Assembly: GCA_050173015.1 (NCBI GenBank)
Contig: JBFXLE010000003.1
Span: 128,001-192,000 of the forward strand
Source of the DNA: Calditrichaceae bacterium
GTDB taxonomy: Bacteria; Calditrichota; Calditrichia; Calditrichales; JBFXGD01
Direction of reading: 5' to 3'
Length of the DNA: 64,000 nucleotides
The position numbers and the translations under genes were made by a program. Position 1 is the first letter of the stretch; each line of letters starts with the position of its first letter. The notes under the pieces are model-generated. The model ran no database searches and was not told the origin of the DNA. It worked only from the letters and a program-made list of their open reading frames with translations. Shown one piece after another: positions 53,146 through 63,379 of this stretch.

Positions 53146-53386
53146 TAATTATTATGGTGCTGATCTATTTTTTTCACATTTTGTGACATTTTGCATTTTC
53201 ACAATCCGGTATTATGAATACAATTTTGCGTATTGTGACCATATTATAGCATTTTTGACACTATTATACACTCATCCCGATCAATGTGTCTGTCATTTTT
53301 GAATATAGATACGGAAATTATTAAGAAATATACAAAGATTGATATATGCATTTAGGGTTTCTGGAAAATATCAGCGGAAAATTTAG

Positions 53387-53420
53387 AAAAAAAAAGGCAA
53401 CCATATGGTTGCCCTTTTTT
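53387..53420. terminator. Intrinsic terminator after tonB
   Basis: A-run, GGCAACC-atat-GGTTGCC, T-run. Confidence 0.88.
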
Positions 53421-54048
53421 ATTTGAGTTTGAACTGGAAAGGAATGTTCATTTTAACTTTTACAAATTTATCCCTTTGCTTAGCGGGTTTGAAGGTACAC
53501 TTCTTTGCCGCTTCCAAAGCTGCCTCGTCTAACATAGGTATCGATTTAAAAACTCTCGCATCCTGAACTATACCTGTTTTGCTGATGGTCACAGTAATGA
53601 CTACAATTCCTTCAATACCGGCTTTACGGGCCAAATCAGGAAACTGAGGTGTCTCTTTGTGAACCAGCACCGGTTTCTCAGAAACGGCGAAGAATTCGTA
53701 AACTTCATCTTCTTCAGGTGGAGGAGGAGGAGGTAACTCTTCAAATCGTTCAAAATTAACCTCTGTTTCTGCAATTGTTACATCGTCCAGCAAATCTTCA
53801 TCTTCAGATTCCACAGGTATAGATGGTCTTGATGGGGGAGGTGGTTTCTGGACCTGCTGTGTTTTAGGAATTTCGATCGTTTCGATGATAATATCCGGTT
53901 GTTCCGGAAGAGTCATCCCGGTTTCGAATTTCTTAAATGCATAAAATACCAATATCAGTATTAACAATGATATTGCAATTGCGGCTTCCAGGGCTTTTCT
54001 ATATTTTAGTCTCAAGTCAGCTTCAGGATTTTTTTTCAATGCCTTCAT
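53419..54048 (-). CDS. tonB: Energy transducer TonB
   Basis: N-terminal TM, Pro-rich linker, C-domain FPDLARKAGIEG...FKPA. Confidence 0.92.
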   Translation of the reverse strand: MKALKKNPEADLRLKYRKALEAAIAISLLILILVFYAFKKFETGMTLPEQPDIIIETIEIPKTQQVQKPPPPSRPSIPVESEDEDLLDDVTIAETEVNFERFEELPPPPPPEEDEVYEFFAVSEKPVLVHKETPQFPDLARKAGIEGIVVITVTISKTGIVQDARVFKSIPMLDEAALEAAKKCTFKPAKQRDKFVKVKMNIPFQFKLK

Positions 54049-54465
54049 TTAAAATACTCCTGGTATTGCTGAATAATTAATTCGAAGTGCACTTGCTTTC
54101 CTTAGTTCCTGATGCACTTTATTTACAATTCCCATATTGGCCGTTTTATCAATTTTCAACGCGACGATAAGTTGAGGATCAGTTACTAATTTTTGATATA
54201 CGACATTACGCAAATCATTAACTTTTTTAATTGCTACGTCATCACAAATTATCTGGCTGTCTCTATCCAGCCAAATTGTGGCAACATGGCGTTTCGATCC
54301 TTCGATTTTCTTAATTTTTACGGCATCAGGAAGCTGTACTTTCAAGCCCGAATATTGCTTAAAAACAGTCGCGACCATAAAAAATATCAAAAGCATGAAG
54401 ATGATATCCGGCATGGATGCCGTCGGGATCGCAACATTTATCTTACTTTTTTTCGAAAATTTCAT
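54049..54465 (-). CDS. exbD: ExbD/TolR-family protein
   Basis: SMPDIIFMLLIFFMV. Confidence 0.9.
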   Translation of the reverse strand: MKFSKKSKINVAIPTASMPDIIFMLLIFFMVATVFKQYSGLKVQLPDAVKIKKIEGSKRHVATIWLDRDSQIICDDVAIKKVNDLRNVVYQKLVTDPQLIVALKIDKTANMGIVNKVHQELRKASALRINYSAIPGVF

Positions 54466-54483
54466 AATATACAGCCTCTAGTG

Positions 54484-54891
54484 TTAATCTTCTTCTGGTT
54501 CAGCCAGTGATATACGTTTTGCTTCCGCCTTTTTTAGTTGATCTAAAACTTTGATATAAGTTTCGTATCTTGTTTCTTTATCCGTTTTCACAGAAACGAT
54601 CAACAACTCATTTTCATAAATCTTCTCTTTTACCGCCCGCGCGACATCAGAGAGTTCAATGAGCTCGTTATCCAACAAAATTTGTCCCTGTGCATTCACA
54701 AGCAGATTGGTTAGATTCTTCTTTGGAACTTTAATTTCGATATCACCCGGAGCGGGAAGTACCAAATCCAAACCTTTTTCCGTATCAATGGATGTTGTTA
54801 CCAGGAAGAAAATCAACAACAGGAAAACGATGTCAGACAAGGATGCTGACGGAATTTCAACGTTTTTATCTCGTTTTTTACCGAGTAACAT
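54484..54891 (-). CDS. exbD: ExbD/TolR-family protein
   Basis: SLSDIVFLLLIFFLV. Confidence 0.9.
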   Translation of the reverse strand: MLLGKKRDKNVEIPSASLSDIVFLLLIFFLVTTSIDTEKGLDLVLPAPGDIEIKVPKKNLTNLLVNAQGQILLDNELIELSDVARAVKEKIYENELLIVSVKTDKETRYETYIKVLDQLKKAEAKRISLAEPEED

Positions 54892-54916
54892 ATTTCTTCC
54901 TCAATTAACAGGGTAA

Positions 54917-55534
54917 TTATTTATTGGAATCTTGCATTTCAATTAATGCATCCATTAGCTCGACGGAACTTTCTTCCATATCAATGATCAATTTATCAAT
55001 TCTGGATGTGAAGAAGTTGTAAAACACCTGAATGATCATAGCGACAACCAAACCAAAAAGCGTGGTCAACAAAGCCTGAGAAATACCACCCGCTACGATA
55101 GCAGGAGAAATATCATTAGCTTTCTTAATAGCGTCAAAAGCGCCAACCATACCGGCTACTGTTCCGGTAAATCCTAACATCGGTGCCAGAACGATAACCG
55201 TTGTCAACACAACCATACCTCTTTCAAGAAATGCCATTTCGATAGATCCAGCGTTTGTGATTGCTTTCTCCACATGCGACAATCCTTTATCGGCTCTTGA
55301 AAGACCCGCATGTAATATTGAAGCGACCGGGCCAGTTGTTTTTTCACATTCCGCGGCAGCGCCTTCAATGCCACCTTCCTGTAATGCCGCATGTAACCTG
55401 GTCAAAAATTTTCTAGTATTTACAGATGCCCGTGTTAAAGTCCATAAGCGTTCCAATGAATAAGCCAGCCCAATGATCAACAGACCAAGGATCGGCCACA
55501 TGAATATCCCACCGGCTAAAAAAAGCTCTACCAT
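54917..55534 (-). CDS. exbB: MotA/TolQ/ExbB proton channel protein
   Basis: GG.FMWPI, APMLGFTGTV.GM..AF, GISQALLTT. Confidence 0.92.
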   Translation of the reverse strand: MVELFLAGGIFMWPILGLLIIGLAYSLERLWTLTRASVNTRKFLTRLHAALQEGGIEGAAAECEKTTGPVASILHAGLSRADKGLSHVEKAITNAGSIEMAFLERGMVVLTTVIVLAPMLGFTGTVAGMVGAFDAIKKANDISPAIVAGGISQALLTTLFGLVVAMIIQVFYNFFTSRIDKLIIDMEESSVELMDALIEMQDSNK

Positions 55535-55605
55535 ACCAATAACTCCTAATTATATTTTTCGTTGTACTTATTTAACCACGATTTCCAAACCATAGAATGT
55601 TTTCA

Positions 55606-55634
55606 AGTATAATATTTTTAACTTTTAAAGTCAA
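55606..55634 (-). promoter_or_regulatory. Predicted promoter of exbB-exbD-exbD-tonB
   Basis: TTGACT-N17-TATACT. Confidence 0.65.
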
Positions 55635-55635
55635 T

Positions 55636-57282
55636 TTATTTTTGATTCTGCGGGCTTTGACCTAACTGTGCCAATTTTATTGATTCAGGGAATAATTTCA
55701 CTGCTGTCTGAAATTGATTATCATATTGAGAGAAAACCTGCCAATAACTGCTCACCCCCCAATAAGTCCTGGCAATCTCGGCTTTTAGCCGGATTTTCAG
55801 GAATTCCTCATCATTTTGAAATTCATCACCACTAAACTTAATATTCTTCTTCTCCGCGGCGGAACGAAGGGCTAACAGGAGATCCGGATCGACCTTAAAG
55901 TCCTTCAGAAAATCAGCATACCGGTCTTTCCAATGAGTATTGTGATTTGAAAAATGTGTGGCGACTTCAAAAAAGATTCGTTTTTGTAAAAATTTCTGAG
56001 TCATCTTCGGGGATTTCGAATAACTTTTATAAACGACTATCGTATCAGGCGTGATTCCCCCGCCGCCAAACACGCTCCTTCCCCCTTTGGTTGTGTACAC
56101 CGGTCTTTCTTTAACACTGTCATCGGTTACGGATTTTGTTGAATCGAGCCTCTCGTCATCATAGTTAAGGTCCGTGTAATATTCTCCGATATTTTTATCC
56201 TTATAAGGCCTTTGGATCAGTCTGCCGCTCGGAGTATAATACTTTGACACCGTCAATCTGAGTTTTGAGTCATCATTTAACACAAATTCATTCTGGACAA
56301 GCCCTTTTCCAAAACTATTTGTTCCCACAATAAGCCCGCGGTCGTAATCCTGAATAGCTCCCGCAACAATTTCCGATGCGCTTGCTGATCCATGGTCTAT
56401 CAAGATCACCAGTGGATAATCCCGTTTTATCGAACTCCCAAAATCATCGGTAAAATATTCCTCATCATATCTTGGAAGCCTCCCTTTCGTGTACACTACA
56501 AGATCATGGCCATCAATAAATTTGCCGACGATCTCGACCGCCTGGCGCAGATACCCTCCGCCATTTCCCCTTAGGTCTAAAAGAAGTCTCTTCATACCCT
56601 GTTTTTCAAGAGTAATAAGAGCTGTCTCCACCTCATCGGCCGTGGTACTCGCAAAACGATTCAGCCAGATATAACCGGTGATTTCATCTGCCATAAAATA
56701 TGTATTGACTGTAAAAATCGGTATTTCATCTCTGATCAGCGTAAATTCAATCGGTTCATCAAATCCCTCTCGGGCTACCGTTACTTTTACCGGTGTCCCC
56801 TTGGGGCCTTTCAGCTTGGCTGGCACTTCGGTTGAATTGATACCGTAGGCGCTTACATTGTCTATCATTATAATTCGGTCACCGGCCATCAACCCGGCTT
56901 CTTCGGAAGGAGAACCCGGAATAACAGAGATCACCGTGAGATAGCTTTCAATAACGTCATAATGGATTCCTATGCCTTCATAGCGACCCTGAAAATTTTC
57001 TTCATTCTGTCTTGCTTCTTCAGCTGTGAAATATACCGAATGCGGATCAAGTGTTTCCAGCATGCCTTTTATGGCGCCATTCATCGATTTATTCCAATCC
57101 ACATCATCTACATAATAATTTTGGACATATCCCAGCACTTCATTAATCTTCTGAACATTCTGTTTCTTCGCGGAAATTTCATCCCCATCCGCGAACAAAT
57201 ATCCGTCATACTGCCAGGCAACAAATGTCAGCAGGGCCAACAACAGAAAAAGCAGGGGAAATATTGATTTGTTCCGTGGCAT
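55636..57282 (-). CDS. S41-family C-terminal processing protease
   Basis: LDPHS, PDZ domain, DLRGNGGG, SASASEIVAG, FGKG. Confidence 0.94.
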   Translation of the reverse strand: MPRNKSIFPLLFLLLALLTFVAWQYDGYLFADGDEISAKKQNVQKINEVLGYVQNYYVDDVDWNKSMNGAIKGMLETLDPHSVYFTAEEARQNEENFQGRYEGIGIHYDVIESYLTVISVIPGSPSEEAGLMAGDRIIMIDNVSAYGINSTEVPAKLKGPKGTPVKVTVAREGFDEPIEFTLIRDEIPIFTVNTYFMADEITGYIWLNRFASTTADEVETALITLEKQGMKRLLLDLRGNGGGYLRQAVEIVGKFIDGHDLVVYTKGRLPRYDEEYFTDDFGSSIKRDYPLVILIDHGSASASEIVAGAIQDYDRGLIVGTNSFGKGLVQNEFVLNDDSKLRLTVSKYYTPSGRLIQRPYKDKNIGEYYTDLNYDDERLDSTKSVTDDSVKERPVYTTKGGRSVFGGGGITPDTIVVYKSYSKSPKMTQKFLQKRIFFEVATHFSNHNTHWKDRYADFLKDFKVDPDLLLALRSAAEKKNIKFSGDEFQNDEEFLKIRLKAEIARTYWGVSSYWQVFSQYDNQFQTAVKLFPESIKLAQLGQSPQNQK

Positions 57283-57294
57283 GACCACCTCGTT

Positions 57295-59436
57295 CTAAAT
57301 TGTTTCTACACGATGATTGATTTTAACCGACCACTCATCTGAGAACTCCGTTTTCCACATCAACAATACAGATGAACTTTGATATACACGTTCAAATCCG
57401 GCTTCTGAAAGAGAAATTGTTTCAACTGGCATCCGCCAAATTTTGGCTTTTTTATCTGATTTAAGCTGAATATCGATTTTCATATATTCATCCTTCAAAC
57501 CTATAAAATCGATGTCGTTGATTTCTGCCATTGAATCCAGATAAGGATTTTCAGGTTTTCCGGCGACCAAATAGTAATAGCGGTCATCGGCGTGACCGGC
57601 CTGCAGCCCGAAATTGAATTCAACGCCAAAGTCCAGTGATAATTTTTCTTTTCCCGGATTTTTTATTTTGTACTCCGCGACAATCTCCGAACCGGTGTTA
57701 TAGATAGTCACTCTTTTTTCCAGAATCAGATTCACCGGTTTATCGTTCAATCTGACAAAACCGCTTCTCTCAAAATCAAGAGTGACATAATCCTTATTTT
57801 TCACTTTATGCTTCAGAGTATAAGGCTCTAAGACAAAATCACCCAATTCATCATATTTTGAGTTGAAAAAATCATTAATCGTTGAATCAGGATTGATGAA
57901 ATGATCGATAAATGATTTACGTTCATACCAGTCATAATTTAAGTACTTCTCAAGGCCGGCTTCTTTCGCCAACACAAGATCATGGATACTTGCCGTGCCT
58001 TCTGTACCATTTGGCTGATTTTCACCAACAATCCTGGCGTCTTTCAATTTATAATGATAGCCTTCTTTTCTGCGCGTCATCGTGTCCAGCAGGTTTTTGG
58101 CAGCCGGTTTATAATCATACTCAAACATAGCCGCGCCGGCCATGGGTTTAAAATAAACGTTATGAACCGGTGTTTCAACCAAAACTTCATCCCGGCCATC
58201 AAGATCGAAGTCATAAACTTCCAAAACCGGGTAATCGGGCGGCTGAAATTTGTCCAGAATTTTTTCCGCGTTGATCAGGCTGTTATAAATCGCGTGACGA
58301 AGATGACTTAGATACAGTCCACCGAACACACCGTGCCAATAGGGACAGTTACACTGGCCCGCCCAAAGCTGATCAAATGCCGGTGATAGTCGCGCCTGAT
58401 TTTTATCAGCAACTGTCCATAGTTTTTGACTAACCCGAAGCATTTTTTTATGCATATTATTTACTTCAGGATATTTTGTCATAAAATTCCGCCAGAATCC
58501 GCCCCTTACAAATATACCGTATCTGTCGAATAAATTTTTCTCCTTCAACTCATGTTCAAATACTTCAAAATCATTAAAGGTTTTTGGAAATAATGACCAG
58601 TGCATCATCTCTGAATAAGAGGCCGTAGGCAAAAATATTTTATTTTTCGGCTGAACCCGTTCAAACACCTCGTCGAAATGGAGCATCTCGATCCAGTTCA
58701 TATTCTCCTCAACGGCGGTAAAAAATTTTTCCAGCCAGCCATTTTCATAAACATGACGATACGTTTCCGGCCACACGCCAAACTTTTCACCGTCGTCCGC
58801 GAAAACAATCACATTTTTTCCATCTTCGGTAGCCATATCCCTCAAATATGAAATAGTGGCTTGTGGATCCTGAAACGGGATGGTGTATCGCAGATGTTTA
58901 CTAATGGGAAAAAGAAAGACTTTGTTCCCCAAATCTTCCGTAATAAAGTATCCGGTAAGTTCATCTTCTGTCAGACCCGCATATTTAAAATGCGTATCAT
59001 CCACGACAGAGTAACTGATCCCGGCTTCTGAAAGGGTTGTCGGCAAAGTTGGCTCCCATACGCGCTCAGCCATCCACATACCCGTTGCATCATATCCGAA
59101 AAGATCTTTAACGCGGTTGGTTAATTTTTTTATCTGGCCTTTACGATCATTTGGGGGAATAACCGATATTATCGGCTCGTAATAACCGCCACTCATAATT
59201 TCCAGCTGACCCGCCCCGGTCATCTCTTTTATCATATCCAGCAATTCGGGATGATGGATTTCTATCCAATCCAGCAAAATACCCGTAAAATGTATTGAAA
59301 TTCTAATTTTAGGATGTCTTTGGAGTACTTCGAGAAATGGCAGATACGATTTCTGATAAGCTTCCTCGAAAACAAAATCAAAATTACCAATCGGCTGATG
59401 ATTGTGTATCCCCAGCACAAATTTAACTTTTTTCAT
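57295..59436 (-). CDS. GH57 alpha-amylase / 4-alpha-glucanotransferase
   Basis: HNHQP, W.AERVW, DDGEKFG, CNCPYWHG.FGG. Confidence 0.93.
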   Translation of the reverse strand: MKKVKFVLGIHNHQPIGNFDFVFEEAYQKSYLPFLEVLQRHPKIRISIHFTGILLDWIEIHHPELLDMIKEMTGAGQLEIMSGGYYEPIISVIPPNDRKGQIKKLTNRVKDLFGYDATGMWMAERVWEPTLPTTLSEAGISYSVVDDTHFKYAGLTEDELTGYFITEDLGNKVFLFPISKHLRYTIPFQDPQATISYLRDMATEDGKNVIVFADDGEKFGVWPETYRHVYENGWLEKFFTAVEENMNWIEMLHFDEVFERVQPKNKIFLPTASYSEMMHWSLFPKTFNDFEVFEHELKEKNLFDRYGIFVRGGFWRNFMTKYPEVNNMHKKMLRVSQKLWTVADKNQARLSPAFDQLWAGQCNCPYWHGVFGGLYLSHLRHAIYNSLINAEKILDKFQPPDYPVLEVYDFDLDGRDEVLVETPVHNVYFKPMAGAAMFEYDYKPAAKNLLDTMTRRKEGYHYKLKDARIVGENQPNGTEGTASIHDLVLAKEAGLEKYLNYDWYERKSFIDHFINPDSTINDFFNSKYDELGDFVLEPYTLKHKVKNKDYVTLDFERSGFVRLNDKPVNLILEKRVTIYNTGSEIVAEYKIKNPGKEKLSLDFGVEFNFGLQAGHADDRYYYLVAGKPENPYLDSMAEINDIDFIGLKDEYMKIDIQLKSDKKAKIWRMPVETISLSEAGFERVYQSSSVLLMWKTEFSDEWSVKINHRVETI

Positions 59437-59461
59437 CAAAACCACCTGTAAACTACATTGA

Positions 59462-60310
59462 TCATAAAAATTTTAGGGTTAACATTTTATATATCAGTTT
59501 TGCCGCGAAAAAATCAGGATGAATGACGCCGGCCTTCGGACTAAGTTCAACCACATCAAATCCAACCACATTTTTTTGTTTAAACACATGTGTCAAAAAT
59601 TCCACCGTTTCGTACCACAAAAATCCGCCCGGCTCCGGAGTCCCTGTTGACGGCATGATAGATGGATCAAAATAATCCACATCTATTGTAATGAATACAT
59701 TTTCATTTAAGCGGTCAATAATATCATCACTCAGACCGCTTTTCCGCAGTGAATGAGCATAAAATGTATTTATTTTATTTTCCTTTATAAATTGCGCTTC
59801 TTCGATGCACTGCGAGCGAATACCCACCTGAACGATATCCTTATTCAGGTCATAAATCCTCCGCATAACGCTGGCGTGCGAATAAGGTGTTCCTTCATAG
59901 GACTCTCTCAGATCAGAATGCGCATCAAACTGCAATACACTTAGATGATCATACTTTTCGTGAAACGCGCGATAGATGGGGTAACTTACTGAATGTTCAC
60001 CTCCCAGGCCGACGGGAAACTTGCCATCTGCAAGTACACGCCTGAATTCTCTGGTGATGGTATCAAAATCATCTTCCGGGTTATTCCTAAAATGGAGAGC
60101 CGGTGCTGTGTGCACACCAGACCTATACATCTCACGATCATATTCTTCATCATATAGTTCAACGTATGCGGAAGCATCAATAATCGCCTGAGGGCCTAGT
60201 TTTGTGCCTTGCCCGTAACTTGTGGTATGCTCAAACGGCACCGGGATCACAACTGCGCGGGCCGAATTATAATCAATATACGGTGATTCTATACCCAAAA
60301 AATCTTTCAT
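59462..60310 (-). CDS. speB: Agmatinase
   Basis: GGEHS, DAHSD, SHA, DVD, TGTPEPGG; adjacent to arginine decarboxylase. Confidence 0.9.
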   Translation of the reverse strand: MKDFLGIESPYIDYNSARAVVIPVPFEHTTSYGQGTKLGPQAIIDASAYVELYDEEYDREMYRSGVHTAPALHFRNNPEDDFDTITREFRRVLADGKFPVGLGGEHSVSYPIYRAFHEKYDHLSVLQFDAHSDLRESYEGTPYSHASVMRRIYDLNKDIVQVGIRSQCIEEAQFIKENKINTFYAHSLRKSGLSDDIIDRLNENVFITIDVDYFDPSIMPSTGTPEPGGFLWYETVEFLTHVFKQKNVVGFDVVELSPKAGVIHPDFFAAKLIYKMLTLKFL

Positions 60311-60340
60311 CTAAAACATTCCCTCGGTTTCTTCAAAATT

Positions 60341-60383
60341 AAAAAAAATCCCGGTTAGGCGGAATGCCTATGGATCCGGGATT
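60341..60383 (-). terminator. Terminator-like hairpin between arginine decarboxylase and agmatinase
   Basis: AAUCCCGG...CCGGGAUU stem capped by UAGGC/GCCUA, followed by a U-run. Confidence 0.7.
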
Positions 60384-60445
60384 GTAGATTCAATAAGCGA
60401 TGCAATTTAACTATATCCCCAAAAGATGCTTCACGAACCGGTTAT

Positions 60446-60991
60446 TTAGGGAAGCAAAACAGCCGCGGTAAATACGGTCGTCCATAAACCATTTTCATCA
60501 CCATGCGAGCATTGCGTCATGTTCGATGTCTGCACAATCTTGTCTGAAATTTGCCAGATTTGTCTTTTTTCGTCCCAACTTGCTTCGGGATCAAATTCCA
60601 CTCCCAAAATCGTCGCCAGCATCTCTGCCGCCAGATCTTCCGCATAATCACCGGCCTTTTTTTCCACTTCACCAAAACTATGATGTTCACTAAGATATCC
60701 GTACGCGGTGACATCTTTCGGTATAGCTACTCCGATTGAAGCGGCAAGAAGCCGATTAGGCTCATTTGTCGCGTTTCTGCTGTAAACAGCGTGTACAATC
60801 TGCCCGGCGGTCATTTCTTTTAATCCTTCTTCCCGCTCGATTATTTCACAACCTGCCGGATAAATACTCGAAACAGCGACCAGGTTAAATGGCGCGAGAC
60901 CTGCATTTCTTAAAGCCATTTCAAAACTAGTTAATTGCTCCCGGCTTTTGCCGACCCCCTTCGTAAAGAAAATTTTTCTTGGAATATACAA
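60446..60991 (-). CDS. Pyruvoyl-dependent arginine decarboxylase
   Basis: SFEMALR.AG...NLV.VSSI.P (Ser-Ser cleavage site), YGYLSEHH; TTG start after GAGG. Confidence 0.9.
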   Translation of the reverse strand: MYIPRKIFFTKGVGKSREQLTSFEMALRNAGLAPFNLVAVSSIYPAGCEIIEREEGLKEMTAGQIVHAVYSRNATNEPNRLLAASIGVAIPKDVTAYGYLSEHHSFGEVEKKAGDYAEDLAAEMLATILGVEFDPEASWDEKRQIWQISDKIVQTSNMTQCSHGDENGLWTTVFTAAVLLP

Positions 60992-61023
60992 TTTACCTCT
61001 CCGAATTAAAGTGGTTAAGTTAG

Positions 61024-61935
61024 TTAAATTATTTTATGGTCATCTTCATCCCAGCCGCGGATGATTTTTCTGTTCTTTATTTTGACGATTATGATAGCCA
61101 GAACAAAAAGGATTCCTATTATGACCCAAAATACATTGTCAAAGTTCAAAATAACTAACCAACGCAATCTATCATAAATATCCTGATACCACATAATTTC
61201 AAAATCTATCTGATCGTATCCAATCGTCGCGAGAAAAGCATCATTTACGGAACTATACATACCCAAATTTTGCAGCAGTTCCTGAATTTTTATCTCACCA
61301 AACTGCGAGATAAAATACTGTACCGCAGAGTAGGCTTCCGCATACGCTAATCTTGCCTTGGGTTTTCTAAAATTAAAGAGCGAATCAAGCGCGCTCAAAG
61401 GCAGAATACTTTTGCTCTGCAGCGCGTTTGCCAGCATGACCTTCTCATCCAGACCAAATTCCGCGCGGCTAATATATTCCGCGATTCCCTCATTCAGCCA
61501 GACCGGTATCTGTTCATCATTCAATCTCTGAGCGATGAACATGTGCGCCAATTCATGCATCAATACCTGCGGAGAACGCTTGATCTGTTCCGCATCATCG
61601 AGCTTCATCACAATCAAGCGCCGTCTGATGTGAGCAACTGCCTGAGCCCATTCGGGAACGGCATCTTCGGTAGCGGCTCTGAATGCTTTGTCAGAACACG
61701 CGATGCAAATTGTGATCACACTTCCGGGCTTATACCCAAAAAATTTTTCAAGCTCTGTTATTTTTGGCGAAACCTTCTCAAGTAGCATCCGGACAAGAAC
61801 GCTGTCACCCACTTCATATATAAAATGATAGCGGCCATATTCTATTCTCTTGTTCTCAGAAGCCTGAAAGGTTTCCACATCCAGGATCATCATTAACAGA
61901 GCTGCGAATATAAATATTTTCACCAGTTTGAACAA
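61024..61935 (-). CDS. Peptidase MA-like zinc metalloprotease with C-terminal TM
   Basis: Signal peptide, HELAH, PVWLNEGIAEY, AY. Confidence 0.8.
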   Translation of the reverse strand: MFKLVKIFIFAALLMMILDVETFQASENKRIEYGRYHFIYEVGDSVLVRMLLEKVSPKITELEKFFGYKPGSVITICIACSDKAFRAATEDAVPEWAQAVAHIRRRLIVMKLDDAEQIKRSPQVLMHELAHMFIAQRLNDEQIPVWLNEGIAEYISRAEFGLDEKVMLANALQSKSILPLSALDSLFNFRKPKARLAYAEAYSAVQYFISQFGEIKIQELLQNLGMYSSVNDAFLATIGYDQIDFEIMWYQDIYDRLRWLVILNFDNVFWVIIGILFVLAIIIVKIKNRKIIRGWDEDDHKII

Positions 61936-61967
61936 GTTAATTCTTATATTCGTATGACATTTTTTGA

Positions 61968-63263
61968 TCAGATTACCACTTTTTTATAGGTGACCTTTTC
62001 ATCAACTCTCTGGAATAACGCAAAACCCGCCACAAAAAACAACAAAACAGAAAGAACCGCTATTCTCTGACTTCCTGTGGTGGTGGAAATGATACCAAAG
62101 AGCAGTGGACCCAGAATAGACGAAAATTTCCCCGTCAACGCGTAGAATCCATAAAATTCCGCTTCCATTCCTTCAGGGATCAGAATACCCATCAGTGCCC
62201 GGCTGGCTGACTGTGATGAACCCATGGCTATACCCGCGATCAATCCAACCGCATAAAATGAGAGTTGATCATAGGAGAAAAATGCGCCGACAGAGACCCC
62301 CATCCACATAAATAATGTGAGATTGATGGTCTTCTTGGGACCAAGTTTATCTGTAAGAAAGCCAAATACATAGGCACCTGAAATTGCCGAGAATTGAATT
62401 ATCGCAAAAAATGTTATTATTTCAACCATCGAAAATCCGAGTGTATCTTTCGCAAAAATCCCGCCAAAGTAAATAACAGTATTAACCCCGTCTATATAGA
62501 TAAAATAGGCAATTAAAAACTTTACAATCTCCGGAAATTCCCTGATCATCTTTAGAGTTTTACGGAATCTTTTATAACCTTCCTTTACATAGCTGTTTAC
62601 CTGAACCGATATATTGTATTTTTTTTCGGTAACCATAAAATAAAACGGTGTGGAAAACACAAGAAAAAAAAGCCCGGCCCAGAGAAATGTCGGCCGCATA
62701 AGTGATAAATCATCCGCGACAAATGCCATGTTTGCATAAGGCAGCGCGATAAGCAGAGACAATAAAGAACCGATATATCCGAAGGCAAATCCGTAACCGG
62801 ATATTTTTCCGATATTGTCTGGTTTTGAGATCTGTGGTAAGAATCCGTTATAAAAAACAATGGCGCCTTCAAAACCGATATTTCCGACGACAAAAAGAAA
62901 TAGCCCCTGCCAAACCATTCCAGGCTCAAGAAAAGTCAGCATAATGGTGCTGGCGATACAAAACATGGAATAAACAAATAAAAAATATTTTTTCCGGCTG
63001 TTAAAATCGGCGATCGCCCCAAGCAATGGCGAACTTACAGCAACTATAAACATCGAAATAGCGCCGCCAAGCCCCCAGTATAAATCTCCCGGATTCCGCT
63101 CTATACCAAAAAAAGATATTGTTTGCCCCGAAACAATATACTGTTTGAAATATACCGCATATACTACCGTCACAACGATAACGCTGAAAGAAGTATTTGC
63201 AAAATCGTACAGTGTCCATGCAAATATTTCTTTTTTATCCTTTTTTTTCTGATCGCGGGACAA
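61968..63263 (-). CDS. MFS transporter (UMF1/Atg22-like)
   Basis: AWTLYDFAN, P.LGAIAD, SG.G...GY.G, SQSASR; about 12 TMs. Confidence 0.9.
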   Translation of the reverse strand: MSRDQKKKDKKEIFAWTLYDFANTSFSVIVVTVVYAVYFKQYIVSGQTISFFGIERNPGDLYWGLGGAISMFIVAVSSPLLGAIADFNSRKKYFLFVYSMFCIASTIMLTFLEPGMVWQGLFLFVVGNIGFEGAIVFYNGFLPQISKPDNIGKISGYGFAFGYIGSLLSLLIALPYANMAFVADDLSLMRPTFLWAGLFFLVFSTPFYFMVTEKKYNISVQVNSYVKEGYKRFRKTLKMIREFPEIVKFLIAYFIYIDGVNTVIYFGGIFAKDTLGFSMVEIITFFAIIQFSAISGAYVFGFLTDKLGPKKTINLTLFMWMGVSVGAFFSYDQLSFYAVGLIAGIAMGSSQSASRALMGILIPEGMEAEFYGFYALTGKFSSILGPLLFGIISTTTGSQRIAVLSVLLFFVAGFALFQRVDEKVTYKKVVI

Positions 63264-63305
63264 AGTGTTTATTTTAGTTCTCCCTGAAATTATTGAATAT
63301 TATAC

Positions 63306-63339
63306 AAAAAAAAACCTTCTCTTATCAATAGAGAAGGTT
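63306..63339 (-). terminator. Intrinsic terminator after the MglA-like gene
   Basis: AACCTTCTCT/AGAGAAGGTT stem with U-tract on the minus strand. Confidence 0.8.
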
Positions 63340-63379
63340 ATTGAAATCATTTGCGCATCAGAGAATCGGGACGCTGATC

